From Lama guanicoe (taxonomy: Eukaryota), in assembly GCA_013239625.1 (NCBI GenBank), contig MU053758.1, positions 3,411,854 through 3,475,853 of the forward strand: 64,000 nt of DNA, written 5' to 3'. Position numbers and translations under genes: made by a program. Below are positions 18,163-31,724 of this stretch, in pieces; the first letter of the stretch is position 1; every line of letters starts with the position of its first letter. The notes beneath the pieces are model-generated. The model saw only the letters and a list, made by a program, of their open reading frames with translations. It searched no databases and was not told the DNA's origin.

Positions 18163-18462
18163 TCAGCAGCATCTTGGGACGCAGGGCTCAGAGCAGGGCT
18201 GAGTGTAGGTTGTGAGGTTGAGGGTCTCCAGGCATGGGGTGGGCTGGGAGGAGTTGAGCAGGAAGCAGGTGGGCACACAGGGCTGAGGAATGTGGCAGGG
18301 TGGGGGGCAGTTGTCACAGCAGGTTGGCTCCAGTAACCAAACCGTGTGTGGGCAGGTGCTGGGCAGGCAGACTCCACACCGGCAGGACTTATCAAAGGAG
18401 CAGATGGTGGTGGCGGGGCCGGTGCGAACACTGCAGCCGTCGCAGGAAACACAGCAAGCCAT
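18163..18462 (-). CDS. KRTAP3-3: Keratin-associated protein 3-3 (high-sulfur KAP3), 99 aa, intronless
   Basis: [70 protein letters not shown]...; Kozak GCCATGG; TATA at 18551-18557; AATAAA at 17830-17835. Numbered by position next to KRT40. Confidence 0.9.
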   Translation of the reverse strand: MACCVSCDGCSVRTGPATTICSFDKSCRCGVCLPSTCPHTVWLLEPTCCDNCPPPCHIPQPCVPTCFLLNSSQPTPCLETLNLTTYTQPCSEPCVPRCC

Positions 18463-21400
18463 GGCCTTGGGAATCTGTGATTTTTTATTGGTTTGGTTTA
18501 AAAAAAGATGCGCTTCTGAGATGCGAATGTCTCTCCTTGCTCTGGGGCTCTTATATACCTTCCCCAATGGGTGTTGGTGCAACCAGAAGGCTTCTTTCCT
18601 GGTTCTTGTTTATGTTAGTGTACCCATTATCCTTTGATTGGTTTGACATTTAGATGCTTGTAAAGAGTCTCTATTTTCCTAATTAACCTTTATTTGAGTT
18701 CATTGCTAAATCTGAACTGATTACTCTTGCTATTTGTCACTAGAATACAAGCTTTATGAGGTATCATGAAAAGCTTCTGCTATTATAATTGCAGCACCAG
18801 CCCTGACGGGGAATATGCATGGCAGTACACCTTTAGTACATAGAGCTTCTCCCTGATGCTGGTCAGCTTTTATTGTCTTTACTTTTATCTGTTATCAATT
18901 GGTCTGATGAAGTATCCTTGTTTTAAAGAGGTGAATTAAATTTTAGCAACTTTCCTTTACCTTTGGAACATTAAAAAATTAACTAATTCTAATTGATATA
19001 TAATTGACGTAACATTGGATTGATTTAGTTTGGGGATTTTTGAAGATCAAACTTACACTGATATGGAGAAATATACTATTATTCCATTTTTATCATAAAA
19101 TGTTATATATTCATTTAAAAATTCAGACAATATGGAAAAATATAAAGAAAACAAAACTCATCCAAAATCTTAACATCAAGAGAAATTTCTATCAATATTT
19201 ACACATATGTATCCCTCTAGTCATTTTTCTATACATTTGTTTATCATTTTATCACATCACTGGAATCATATTGTACCTACTATTCTACAACTTGACTTTT
19301 TGCTTAATCATATACATTTCATTATCTTGTATTTTAAGTATATCTGATAATGTTATTTAAAAATATTTCCTAGCATTCATTATATAAATGTGCCTGTGAG
19401 TTGCTTAAACATCTCATATTATTAATCATTGAAGCTATTTGCAGTTTTTCTCTATGATAATTGTGGTGATAGTAACAACTGTGTATATCAGTCTTTATGC
19501 ACATTTCTGATCATTTCAGAAACAGGAATAATTATTGAAGCAAATATTAGTTAATGATATTTTAAGGCCTTTGATATTCACTGCCATAGTGCTCTCCAGA
19601 ATGATTCAATTCACCTATTTTTTTTTCTGTTTATGCTTTCCCATCTGCTGTGTTTGAGAATTCCTGTTTCCCTATACTTTTAATGGATATTTTATTTTAA
19701 GAGTGTTTGCCAATTTGGAGGGTGGGATGTATTTTCATTGTTTGTATATTTGTATTTCTTTCATAACTGTGAGATTAAAACATCCTTTCATATATGCATT
19801 GGTCATTTATCTTTCTATTGAGAACTGGCTTGCCTTGTTTCCTTTTCTGCTAGATGTGGGAAAGTTGAATTTTTAGCTTATGTCTACATACTAAATAAAA
19901 GAATAATTTAAGATCACGGTACTAATATTGCCACCAGTGGAAAGTGAAGTTAAGGGCCTAAGCTAATCTGTTCACATTTGACTTTGTTCACTTTTTTGCC
20001 CCCAGTGTAGTGCATTTTCTCCCCCAAATCAAACGTAGCTGTGGTAGGAAAGACCTGGATTCTAGTTCTGGTGCACTGTTTAGGCTCAGGCTTAGTTCAG
20101 CATAAAAGAGGGAGCACAGAATGAGCTCTTGTCTGGGGTCGTCCTGATGACTCAGGCCATTTCCACTCAACTTTGACTCACTCAAAGTTCAGATCATGGT
20201 GCTTCTCACTTCCTTTAAGTGTATCTGTATATCAGTGCATGACAGTGGGCATGTCCATGTGGATTTTTTTGGAGGAGGTGCAGATTATGAGTTAGAAGAG
20301 CTCTTCGCTGGTCCCAGCACTGCTGGTTACTTTCTTGGAGCCTCGTCTTTCTCCTCTGCAAAATAGGGGTAACTATATCTCTATTCTTCCACTCTGAAGA
20401 TTATTGTGAGGCTCACTTGAGATAAAAATGGGTGAAGGTCTGTAGACAGCCATAAAGTGCTACACAGATAAATTATTATCATCACTAACCTAGTAAGTTG
20501 CAGCTCAAACTCAAGGAAAGGAAAAGGGAAAGGAGACATAGTCCAAAGAAGAAAAAAATAGCTAAAGGTAAGTAAAAGAGCAACCTTATAGGGAAGAGCA
20601 AACATTTATCTAGAAGTTCATACCTGCAATTAGAGAAAATGGCTGACATAGAAATTAAATTTCGAATTTTAAAAAAGTTCTCTGTGGCTCTGCTTTGGAA
20701 GAAAGAGTTCGTAATCTCTGCTGGTGTCCCTGGATTTCATCCCGATTTATCTTTGAGTAAATGAATACCTGCTAAAGTGCTCACCCTTTTACTCAGGACT
20801 AATTAATATTCTTTCAGTATTTAAAAAATTCTTCAGTAGACATTTATTGAGCAATCACCATGTGCCAGGCACTGTGATAAATGTTGCATATACAACAGTG
20901 GGCAAAATAGACATCATCTCTGCTTTCATGGAACTGAGAGTCTAGTGGAAGATCTGTCATATACATAACATATTATTATAAGTTACTGTTGTTATCAGTT
21001 ATGATAGAAAGGAAAGGACTGGGTTCAAAGGACAAAAAATTAGCAGGAGGAAATTATTTTGACATTTTAAGAAAAGCGTTATAAAGGGATTTGCAGACTC
21101 TCACAATTAGAATTTCATGACAGAGAGGCATCAGTCTCTTATTTAGAATGCATACAATTTTGAGTCAACCTTATAGGGATAAAGGAATTGTTACTATTCT
21201 GTGTGGAATACTATTTTTCTGTAGTTAGAAATAAGTCTTAGGGTTACAGATTAGAAACAGTTGTAAAATAACAAGTTTATGAAAAACTCGTATCTTTTAT
21301 CGAAAAGACTTGTGGCACTTTGTTAAAATTTATTTTCTCTGCAATGGTCTGAGAGACCTGGGAATAATAACTCTCCTTCATTTATAAATTAGGCTAATGA

Positions 21401-21543
21401 GTCCTTGAGAGGTGAAATAATTTGCCTTAGATGACCTGTCGACTGACTTGTTAAAAACTAAATATAGGACCTATTGGGACTGAGCTACCTTTTATGTGGT
21501 TTAAAATGTAAGTTTAAAGTATGTGTCAGAAATATTAAGCCTG

Positions 21544-21604
21544 AAAAAAAAGAAAAATACAAATAAATAAAGCTTACTCTCGTTTGTGACCTAAAAAAAA
21601 AAAA
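21544..21604 (+). mobile_element. Micro-retrocopy (AATAAA + 21 nt + poly(A)) flanked by 16-bp TSD
   Basis: agaaatattaagcctg at 21528-21543 and 21605-21620; AATAAA at 21566-21571; poly(A) from 21593. Confidence 0.75.
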
Positions 21605-21718
21605 AGAAATATTAAGCCTGTTTTATTTTTAGAAACAAAGAGTACCTTTTTCCTTTAAGGAAATGCAAGAAAAACATGGTGATTCTTGATTAGATGGTAG
21701 ATTTTCAAAGTGCTGAAA

Positions 21719-21720
<2 letters not shown>

Positions 21721-21751
<31 letters not shown>
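21721..21751. repeat. (AC)15 microsatellite
   Basis: Direct inspection. Confidence 0.95.
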
Positions 21752-21752
<1 letters not shown>

Positions 21753-23964
21753 GAACTTGCCATTTTAATTACACCTTTCTAGAGTCTATGGGGGTGTCTG
21801 CGACAATGAAGACATAAATTAAAGATTGATAATAAAAAGAAATAGAAGTAAAATTAAAATATGATTGTTAGTCTCTTGCTTCAAATCCCTCATTGCTTCA
21901 AAGATTCAGCTTGAACCCCTCTGCCTGGGTGGCCCCACTTAAGGGTCTTTACATTTTTCCCTCTCCTTCGTCTCAGCCTCTCTCATCTTCAGTGCATCCG
22001 TAAGTTTGCAAGCTGCTGTTCCCTCTGGAACAACTGCTCCCCACCTCTCCTGCCTTCTTTTAATACTGAGCCTGGATAGCTTGGAGGCTGTCCATAACTG
22101 TCCCTCACCCTGAATCGCCAAACAGATCAGAGGTTAGTTATTCTTTCTATGGGCTTGCCTGGCATACTGGTTACGTCTCCATCACAGCAGAACTCACACG
22201 GCATTATAATTATGTTCATTCAACATAAACAGAGCATATGTATTGTGATTATCATAACTTGTCTGTCTTCACCAGGTTTGAGGGAAACTTGAGGGCACTT
22301 TAGGTAGTAACATTTCTTTTATCTTTATACTTCCAGGATGAATATGGAGCCTGGCACGGGAGAGCACCCGGGAAATATCGGCCAGGTGAATGAGTAAATG
22401 GACCGAATTCCTTGTTGACTGTGTCCTGAGTTGTGTCCCATCTACCACACGGCTTCGAAGTTCTGTTCTCCCAAAGTTGAGCTGCTAATAAGCCTGTGGG
22501 ATCCTCTGAGAAATCTTCTCTGGGGAGGCTGACAGGTGCTGTGAGGACATTTAAAAACATGTTTATTTAAAAGCATTTTCTTTTTCTCCTCCTTGCCTTG
22601 CCTTTTTCACATGCATTCTTTTGGTTTTAACTCAACACTTTTTCACATTTTGACGTGCGTCTTTACATAGGTATTGTATGTATATATAAATATATAATAT
22701 ATGCTGATATATTATATATTTTAAAATATATTTATATATTTACATATAAGTATGTGTAAGGCTGGGAAAAGAATAATCTGCATAAGAGAAATGAAGTGGG
22801 TTGGTAAAATGAAATAAAATTAAGTAATAGATTGAATTGTGTTTAATAGGTTTTAGCTCTGGCTCTCAGACTACCACCTAGACAGTCCTGGCATTCTAGT
22901 CATCATTGGAGTAGCATGCTGCCAGGTGTCCTTCTACGAGGGTCGACCACTTTAAGTTCTCTTCAAGGGAAGATGAAGTCTAAATTGGTAGACCCACTAG
23001 ATGACCCAGATCTTAGAACTGAATACCCACCACTTTTAATCGATGAGCCAGTATATCCTCTATTACAGTCAGATAAGATTATATTGTTCAGGATTTCTGC
23101 ACTTCTAATTTTTCTTGCATATTGTAAGTTAACGTCATAATTGTGTTCATTAAGCTTCTGGCTCTGTTGGTATTGGAGGCTCTGTGATGTGGTAGAAAGA
23201 ATTGGGCTTTAAAGTCAGACAGACATACAAGGAGCTGAATCCTGGTTTTCTCAGTGAAAAAAACTTTGTGAATTTGAGAATGTTGTATAACTCTTAAAGC
23301 TTCATTTTCCTCCTTTATTATGCTGTTTTAAAGGCTGCATGAGTTAATACATGTGATTTACCTGGCAAAGTGCAGGTAAATGAATGTTGACTCACCCCCA
23401 ACTTGTATGTGTCTGAGGAAGTGGAGAGAAGGTGAACATAAAAGATAACCAATTTAAAGTTAGCAAGCTCTGTTAGTAGGTCAGTTCCCATCATTCCTCT
23501 AAGAGATTATTTTTTAAAAATAAAATGTCTGCCTTATCTTTACCTTTTTTATGTGAAAGAAATACACCAAAGCCTCTAACATAAACCACGAATACATCTT
23601 GCCACAGACATAAAGTTTATTGGAAAACCCATCAACGCATTTTTTCCTTCTATGAAAATACCCAGTACAAGAAATGGGATCCAAGCAGCAGCACAACTAA
23701 GAATACATAGTTTGAGGTCTGAAAGATTTCAATAGTATTTTAATAATAGGTGACATTCATCTGTCCAAATTAACCAAATGGTTACTCAGCCAAATAACCG
23801 TAAAAAAATTTCTTGATACTCTTTCCATTAACATGAAAGGTAGGTTTTCCATGTCTGGGCCTTTTGGCCTGCCTCAATATCTGATGAACTACAGAGGCAA
23901 GTGAATGCTAAGTAGCTGGCTTCAGAGTTCTTCATTGGCAGGCACTGAGCGAAGCAGTCATCGG

Positions 23965-24264
23965 TCAGCAGCATCTTGGGACGCAGGGCTCAGAGCAGGG
24001 CTGAGTGTAGGTTGTGAGGTTGAGGGTCTCCAGGCATGGGGTGGGCTGGGAGGAGTTGAGCAGGAAGCAGGTGGGCACACAGGGCTGAGGAATGTGGCAG
24101 GGTGGGGGGCAGTTGTCACAGCAGGTTGGCTCCAGTAACCAAACCGTGTGTGGGCAGGTGCTGGGCAGGCAGACTCCACACCGGCAGGACTTATCAAAGG
24201 AGCAGATGGTGGTGGCGGGGCCGGTGCGAACACTGCAGCCGTCGCAGGAAACACAGCAAGCCAT
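23965..24264 (-). CDS. KRTAP3-2: Keratin-associated protein 3-2, 99 aa, CDS identical to the copy at 18163-18462
   Basis: Same KAP3 protein; TATA at 24352-24358; AATAAA at 23616-23621. Numbered by position. Confidence 0.88.
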   Translation of the reverse strand: MACCVSCDGCSVRTGPATTICSFDKSCRCGVCLPSTCPHTVWLLEPTCCDNCPPPCHIPQPCVPTCFLLNSSQPTPCLETLNLTTYTQPCSEPCVPRCC

Positions 24265-26882
24265 GGCCCCGGGAATCTGGTTTGCTTTCAGTTTCTTGTG
24301 GAGAAAGATGAGGTTTCTAAGATGCAAATGTCTCCTCTCACTTTGGGGCTCTTATATACTCTCCTCATTGGGTGTTGGTCCAACCAGAAGGCTTCCTCTC
24401 ATTTTTGTTTATGCTACCCTTTTCCACTAAGATTCTCTAATCAGTTTGGTATTTACTTGTCCATTAAGAGTTCCTGCCCTCATGAAAGTAATCATGTTTT
24501 TGACTCATTGACTTGTCATTTTTGTCATAAGATGATCACATTTTATTTCACTGGGTCCTGGAATGCAAAATCTTACATGAATTATGTATGATCAGTCCAA
24601 GTAACAATTCATGTATAGTTTCAGGGGCTAAATTCTTCTACTTGTTTTTTCCCTTTGGTTTTAAATAATATGCATAACATGATGTGATTTTTAATTACTA
24701 ATTTCAGAACATGCAACTCAAATAATTAATTGGATCATTTTCTATTGAATAAAGTCACCAAAGACATGGCTACTTATAAATGAATGTTGCATATGACTGC
24801 ATGCATCTCAGATATATTTGCCTTATCTATTGATATAATTCAGATTTTATTGAACAAGTGAGACGATAGCCAGAATGGAATAAGATGAAACCCTTTTCAT
24901 TATTTTCAATAACTCTATGGTGAGTTTTGAAAGGTTGTATTACCCTATGGAGTTTTTGTTTTTGTTTCTTAAACAGTCTGTATTCTCAAAGTTGTGCCAA
25001 CGTTGTAGTGAGTTAAAGTATAAATTCACCAGAAGGAAAGATCCACTCAGTTGCTATTTTTTGTTAAATGTACCATTTAAAGAAAATCACCTCCGTCTTC
25101 AATCATTTTCACAAGAATGATACACTTTAAAATAAGATGAAACAGGAAAGGAGAAATCAGAAGACTGACAAAATAACAGAGGTTTCTGGAGGGAGGGATC
25201 TGGTTCAATGGGATTTCGCACTATGACATTCATGGAAGTCATTTTTTCCACTGACTTACTCCCCACTTTGCACGTTTATTTGTTTTCATATCTTAGATCT
25301 TCAATTAGGTTGTAAATTCCTTTGACAAATGCCTTATTTGACATTCTTCACCTCAGCTGGCCTTAATTTGCCTTACTGTAGATTGGCAGATGAGGACATT
25401 GAACCAAATCATCTCCAATGTGTAATATACTATGATTCCAACATTCCCACATACTTTCCCATGATCAGCAGAAAATTATTGAGGTAGTAGAATCTAAGTT
25501 ACATAATTTGTTGGATGACAGATGGTTGAATTTGCAAAGTGCAGATTCTTTAGTGGATTGTCTCTGAGAGATCACTAGTGGAAGACCAGGCTGGCCTACT
25601 TAGAAGAAGACTGGCTAACACAAATCAGTGGACAATATTAAATGTCACTGCAACGGAAATCTCATACATTTTGAGAAGAAAACCTTGTTCGTAAAGTTGG
25701 TATGATTTGGGCTTAAATATTGATATTTATCATATTGCACATCAAGTCAAAATGAAGGTTGGATCTCCTAGCTGCTTTATACCTCTGTGGCTGTGACCAT
25801 GTTGTTTCTTTTCTCCTTCCCCAGTGCTCTCCTTCTCAAATGCTACCCATCCATCAAGCATCAGCTGGAATATCCTTCATAAAGAAACTATAGGTGGTTC
25901 TTCTAGCCGGTTTCATTCTCTTCTCTGCTCTCGCAAAGTGCGCTGCCTGTCTTTTCATCTAGACCTCATTTCGTTCTGCTGTGTCTTATATTTTCTCACT
26001 TATAGTTGTCTTCCTCACTCCAGTGCAAACTCCTGAAAGTGGGACTTGTATCTTTGTCTCTGTCAAGCACCTAGGGCAATGCCTGGAACACAATAGGTAT
26101 TTTATAAATGTCTATTTAATTGTATGAAATTACAGATGAGAATGAAAAATAGGTATGCATTTATTTTTAGAATAGTCTTATATTAGTATAAACCTTTACA
26201 CAATCAGAATGACTTATTTCATTTGTGAAGCACTTTACAGTTGTTGAAACAATTTGACATTCAAAACTTCACCTAAATGAGACTAAAAAACTGTGGTTGG
26301 GCTCAGTGCTCAAGGTCCCTTCTGTGAGCACGTCGATCTCTAACTGCCAGTTTCTTAGCCTCTTTAAGGACGTATGTGAGTTACTTATAGAGGCAGGGAA
26401 AAATTAAAATTAAAAGTAGGTGCTGATCTTGGAATTTAAAATGCTTCTAAGCTTAGCATTTACTGTATCTTATTATCCAAGCAATTTTTCTTCACGTATT
26501 GACATAATCCCGTGAAGCCTCTTTTTGACCAGATTTATGTTGATGGCATCAGAAAGTGTGATTCCACCCAACATATTTATAAGTTCATGATGCATGTCTG
26601 TGTCAAGAGTCATTGGGTAATTATGGCATTAAACATTGAGACACCACGTGGTTTGGGGAGCAGTGGTGTTTATTTAAAGTAAGGAGGTCCTTGATAGCAT
26701 TTTTTTCCACTTCTCATTCGAAATCATTGTTCAAATCATAGAACACTTCTGCAAAACTAAAGGCACAGGGTCAGAACATGTTTTGTCCAGAGCTTCTAAT
26801 TAAAGGCTATTTGCGGACTAGCTCTTAATGACTGTTGCAGTCCCTTAGGGCTGTGTGGGCAAGCTTGTTGAAACATCTTTGG

Positions 26883-27182
26883 CTAGCAGTGAGGTGCTTC
26901 ACACTCACGGGGCTGGATGCAGGTTGTGACAGAGATCCCACTCAGGTTCGGAGCAGGGTGACAGCTGTTGAGCAGCCAACATGATGGCACGTAGGAGTCA
27001 GGCTCACAGCAGGGTGGGGGGCAACTATCGCAGCAGGTGGGCTCAAGGAGGCTGATCTCATGTGGGCAGGTGCTGGGCAGGCAGACTCTGCCTTGACAGC
27101 ATACATCAGAGGAGCACAGGGTGGTGGCGGGGCTGGTGGGGACACTGCAGCATCCTTGGAGACGAGACTCCCAGCAAGACAT
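26883..27182 (-). CDS. KRTAP3-4: Divergent KAP3-family protein (KRTAP3-4-like), 99 aa, intact ORF
   Basis: [26 protein letters not shown]...[26 protein letters not shown]...; TATAAAA at 27254-27260; AATAAA at 26669-26674; lies between KRTAP3-2 and KRTAP3-1. Confidence 0.78.
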   Translation of the reverse strand: MSCWESRLQGCCSVPTSPATTLCSSDVCCQGRVCLPSTCPHEISLLEPTCCDSCPPPCCEPDSYVPSCWLLNSCHPAPNLSGISVTTCIQPRECEAPHC

Positions 27183-30100
27183 GGAGACAGTGGATCAGGT
27201 AGATTTCTGTCACATGGGAAGATTTTCTTCTACGAAGTTGTCCTGTGTGAGTCTTTTATAGCCACCATCTCAGAGAACATGGCTTCTGTCCATCAGAATG
27301 TTTCCTTGTTGTTGTTTGTATAACCCCATAGAAGTAACTCACTAACTTTTTATTTATCAGCCATGGGATGAGCTCTCCTTCAGTTTTGTTTGATCGTGTT
27401 GCTACATTCAAACTTACTCCCTGTTTCAGTTTCAAAATGGTGTCAATGTGGATTCTCCACTTACTCAACCACAGATACATCAGTATCTGCTGTGACTTTC
27501 CGCTTTTTAAAACTAATCAGAATGTATTCTTATAAGGGATCACTACTGAATGTGAAGAGTCAAGAGTGATTTCCCCGAGAAGTAAGAAATGATCCCTCTC
27601 AAAGTGTATGCCCTGGCTATATTTGGGAAGTCAAAACCTGTGGGACTTTTTTTTCTACCAGATGGACTTTGCTACCGTTTCATGGGTTTGAGAAAAGAAA
27701 TGAATGTCAAAGACATGTAACATGATCTTGGGAGGTTCAGAGCCTGCTAGATGATTTTCTATACTGATCCACTACATTATCCATATATGCAATTATGTAT
27801 AAACATAAATAAGCTCTCAGTTTTACAAAGGATATTGGTTTTTTTAACCACAAGTCAGAATGTGTTAAAACATAGGTTCATGAGACTCTTTGTGGCCTGA
27901 GAAATGAACTTGGATCTCTGTAAAACAACACAAAAAGTTCTTCCTTCTCAGAAAAGCCAAACTGCCGACCTGCCTATTACACTTTTCCAAATGCCAAAGC
28001 TGATTAGTCACCTTCTATCAAACATACAGGTACTTTAAAAAAAAATTCCTCCCACTTTACTTCAGTTACAGTGTTAACATCATAGCTAAAGTGAGTGTGT
28101 AACTAGAGTAAAAGAGACTGATCAGCAAATCCATTCATTAAAAGTCAAGTAGTTACTTAATCTCTAATATATTCTGAAGAGTGTGGTAGGGATACAAGAC
28201 ATGGTCCTGTCCTGAAGGAGTACATGGTCCAATGGAAAAGGCCAGAAATCCCTTTGCGTATGATTCAAGCAACATCTAATTAAGTACATGACAGGGAAAT
28301 GGAAGGAGTTTCAGAGATAGGTTTGAATCCTGATTTTAACGTACATGTTGTGAGACCTAGATCAAATTATTAAACTTTTGGAGCTTCAGTTTTATCAACT
28401 CCAAATTTGAGAAAAATAATCATCACCTCCTATAGTCTTATTGCAAGAGTTAAATAAAGATTAACTGAGAATTGCTTATGCAAACCATTCAGCATTTCAT
28501 GTGGCACAGCAGAGTTATCTAATAAATGGCAGTTTCACCTCTAGGGACTGGGAGAATTCCCACAAGAGGAAATACAATGAAAGAGGTCTGAAATGACCAG
28601 AAGTCTTCATGGAAAATTTGGATTAAGTTGTTTTGAGGAGGAATGCTTAGAAAAGAGGTAAGTGCATTTTGGGCAAGGAAAACCGTGATTTCTACTATGA
28701 CACTGTTCTGCCCCTACTCTCAGCATGGCCCAGCAGGACTGGCCATGCCCTCCTTTGTGTCTCTGTAGCATCCCATATCCACTCATGTAACTTTGTTGCA
28801 TTTTTTTTTATACACAGTTTGGCTCTCTTTACTAAAATATAATCTCCTTCGAAGCAGGAACTATGTCTCAATTTTCTTGGTTTCTCTGTTACCTCGTATA
28901 GAGTCTGGATCATGGGGTGGAGTCTGGAGGCTGGGACACATGGCATAAATATTTAAAGAATGACAGCCAGTATTTATAGAATGCTTCTGTATCAAGTTTT
29001 GCCAGGAGAACAAGCAAATAAGAACACCCTCACACAAGGTATTTCAACAGAGAGAGTTTTAAGATGGGGAATTGATTAAATACATATGGGAAGACTGAAA
29101 AAGCAAAAAGGAAAACTGAGGTAACAAACACAAGAAGCAGCTACCAGCTCGAGGGCTGGGAAGGAAGAGAAGAGGTTGGGGTTAACAGGACCTGGGAGCT
29201 TGGAGGAGTGGTCCTGCAGACCGGGGCTCAGACCACACATACTGCCCAGCTGGTGCTCTTACCAAAGAAGCTCAAAAGAGAGGCCCCATGGGGCCATGGC
29301 TTGGACCTTTGTGAGAGGCAGGTGGGGAGGCACTTCCTCACTGACACTAGTGTTTCTGAGGAAGTGCAATGATGTTTTTGAAGAGTGAAAAGAAGCTGGA
29401 GAGAAGAACCTACTGCCACTGCCAGATGAAGGATTATGGCTGGAGCAACAAGAGCCCTTTTCCCCCTTCTCAGGCCGTTGGTCTTTCCAGCGCCCTCTAT
29501 TGGTGGAATCTGGTAGAAAATCAACCAAAGGGGGAACAGCTCTCATCCCCGCATCACAGAGTAGTAAAAAGTGGACTTAGAGATGGACAGTCAGGCCACA
29601 CTCTTCCAAGGGTTGAACATGTTTTAATTAGTTTAATCTTTACTGTAGCTTTAGGAGGTACATTCTTTTTTTTTAATTAGCTTTTTATTTTTGAATAATT
29701 TTAGATTATTCAACTAAAATTTTGCAAAAATAGTCCAGTAGTTTTGTATTTCTCTCTCTCAAGTTCCCTTGATGATAATATCATGCACTAGTATTGTGCA
29801 TTTGTCAAAACTAAGACACCAACACTGGTACATCACTATTAATTAAATGTCAGACATTATTCAGATAAAACTATTCAGATAGTTTTTCCACTAATGTCCT
29901 TTGTTCCAGGATCCAGTCTGACACACCACATTACACTTAGTCATCACATCTCCTTAGTCTCCTTTGGTCTGTGATAGTTTCTTGGTTTTTCCTGGTTTTT
30001 CATCATCTGGACAGTTTTGTGGTGTACTGGTCAAATATTTTACAGAGTACATACTATTTTTAATCTTATTTAACAGTTGAGGAACATGAGGCATAGGGAA

Positions 30101-31069
30101 GTTAAATGGCATGGCCCAGAACACATAACTAGTAAGTGATAGAGGTACCATTTAAAGCAAGACAGTCTGATTTCAGAGACCACTCTCCCGACCATTGCAT
30201 AGGGGGCATTGCTCTGACTAGGATACAGGCTGCATGTTGCCCCAAGATTAGTAGCAAGTAAGATCTGGTGAAAATGATTGTACCAGGTTAATCAGGGTCT
30301 TAAAAGTGACACTGAAGAATTTAGACTTGATTCCATAAAAATTAAAATCTCGAGTCATCCAAGAATTTGGAGCAACTCAACCTGACCAATATTTATAGAG
30401 GGATAGAAGTCTGTCCTGACAGAGGTGTAGTTTGGATGGAGGAAGGGGCATGGAATACTTGACTCAAAGTCAACTAGGAGACTTGCTGTGACCAGGAGTG
30501 TGGTGATCAGAGCCTAAATTAGGCTAGAGTCAGTGAAGATGGAAAGAAAGTCCTGGAGGCAAAAAACAATTTGAAATACAAATGAAATAACTTTGTTTTC
30601 CTATTCTACTCTCAAGAACACACAATTATTATCTTTCAGGGTAGTTTGTTTTTACCTTGAACTAGGTCATTGAAACTCATCAGAAAATTGAAAATGTGTC
30701 TGAGTTGCCAAACATTCTGCATTTCAGTGCAAGGTTAATGAGTATTTTTCCTGTGCTGATGTTTCTAATTAGTATTAAAAGTTTGACTTTAAAAAAAACA
30801 CATGATTTGTTTTTACCTTTGAAATGTAAACAGTTTTTCCTAGACTCACTGTGTATACTCATTTTGTCTTAAACTATAATCAAGTCACCACAGAGAAAGC
30901 TGTTACTATATACAGCCAAATAGACAGTTTAGAGGGAGAGTAGAGCATGTGTTGTCAAGTAGCTTACACTTTCTCCTGGACAAACAGAGCCATGTGTACT
31001 CACATTTCTCTTGGGCACGTTGCTGTGTGCAGAGCAGGCAGATGCTTTGGTGCAGTGAAAAGAGGAGGA

Positions 31070-31270
31070 ACTCTGAATTCAACAGCTCCTCTGTCACTTA
31101 CTATTTGTTTACCTTTTGCAAGTAACTTTCTTAGTCTCAGTTTTCTCACCTGTAAAGTGGGGAGAATGATGGTAGCTACCTCTTAGAGTTTTGGTAGAAA
31201 TAAATGTGATAATGCATATCCAGCGCATATTAGAGTGCCCAGTAGATATTCACCAAAGGTTAGCTATTAT
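31070..31270 (+). mobile_element. MIR SINE
   Basis: ctcagttttctcacctgtaaagtggggagaatgatggtagctacctc...gttagctattat, MIR core and tail. Confidence 0.6.
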
Positions 31271-31724
31271 GACTGCAAGCAGTAAAGTAATAAGATGAGG
31301 TAGGGTTGGCTAGTGGCATGGAGTATTTGTCACTTAAAGTGCTTCTGGATAATCTAGAAATACAGAATGTTAAAACTGATATTAACTTTAGAGAGGATCT
31401 GGTTGATTAGCCCATTTTACTGATGTAAGACCTGAGAATCAAAGACCTTGAGTGACTTGCTTAGAGTCACAAAGGCAGCCCAAGGCAGAACTAGGACTGG
31501 AACACATATCACTTGGTTTCTATCAGGGGCTTTTTAACTAGCCAAGGATCCCTTAAAGGCCCACAGTGGTAATAAAAGGATACTTAGAGTTATTTTCAGT
31601 ATTAAAAGTAAAACCAAAACTTTATCCCTTATCAGCATGTATAAAAACATCAAACTTTGCTTTTGACTGAAAAAATAGTTAACTTTGCATGGTAACAGTG
31701 GTTATCTTGCATTAATCCTAAAAT

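Noticed and set aside
18463..18582. N-terminal extensions of KRTAP3 ORFs in the ORF track (also 24265-24327, 35031-35084)
   Set aside because: They cross the TATA box or lie in the 5'UTR and have no KAP similarity; the Kozak ATG of MAC... is the family start.
22916..23140. 74-aa ORF in unique-looking sequence with a few CpGs
   Set aside because: No recognisable homology, promoter or splice context; length is compatible with chance.
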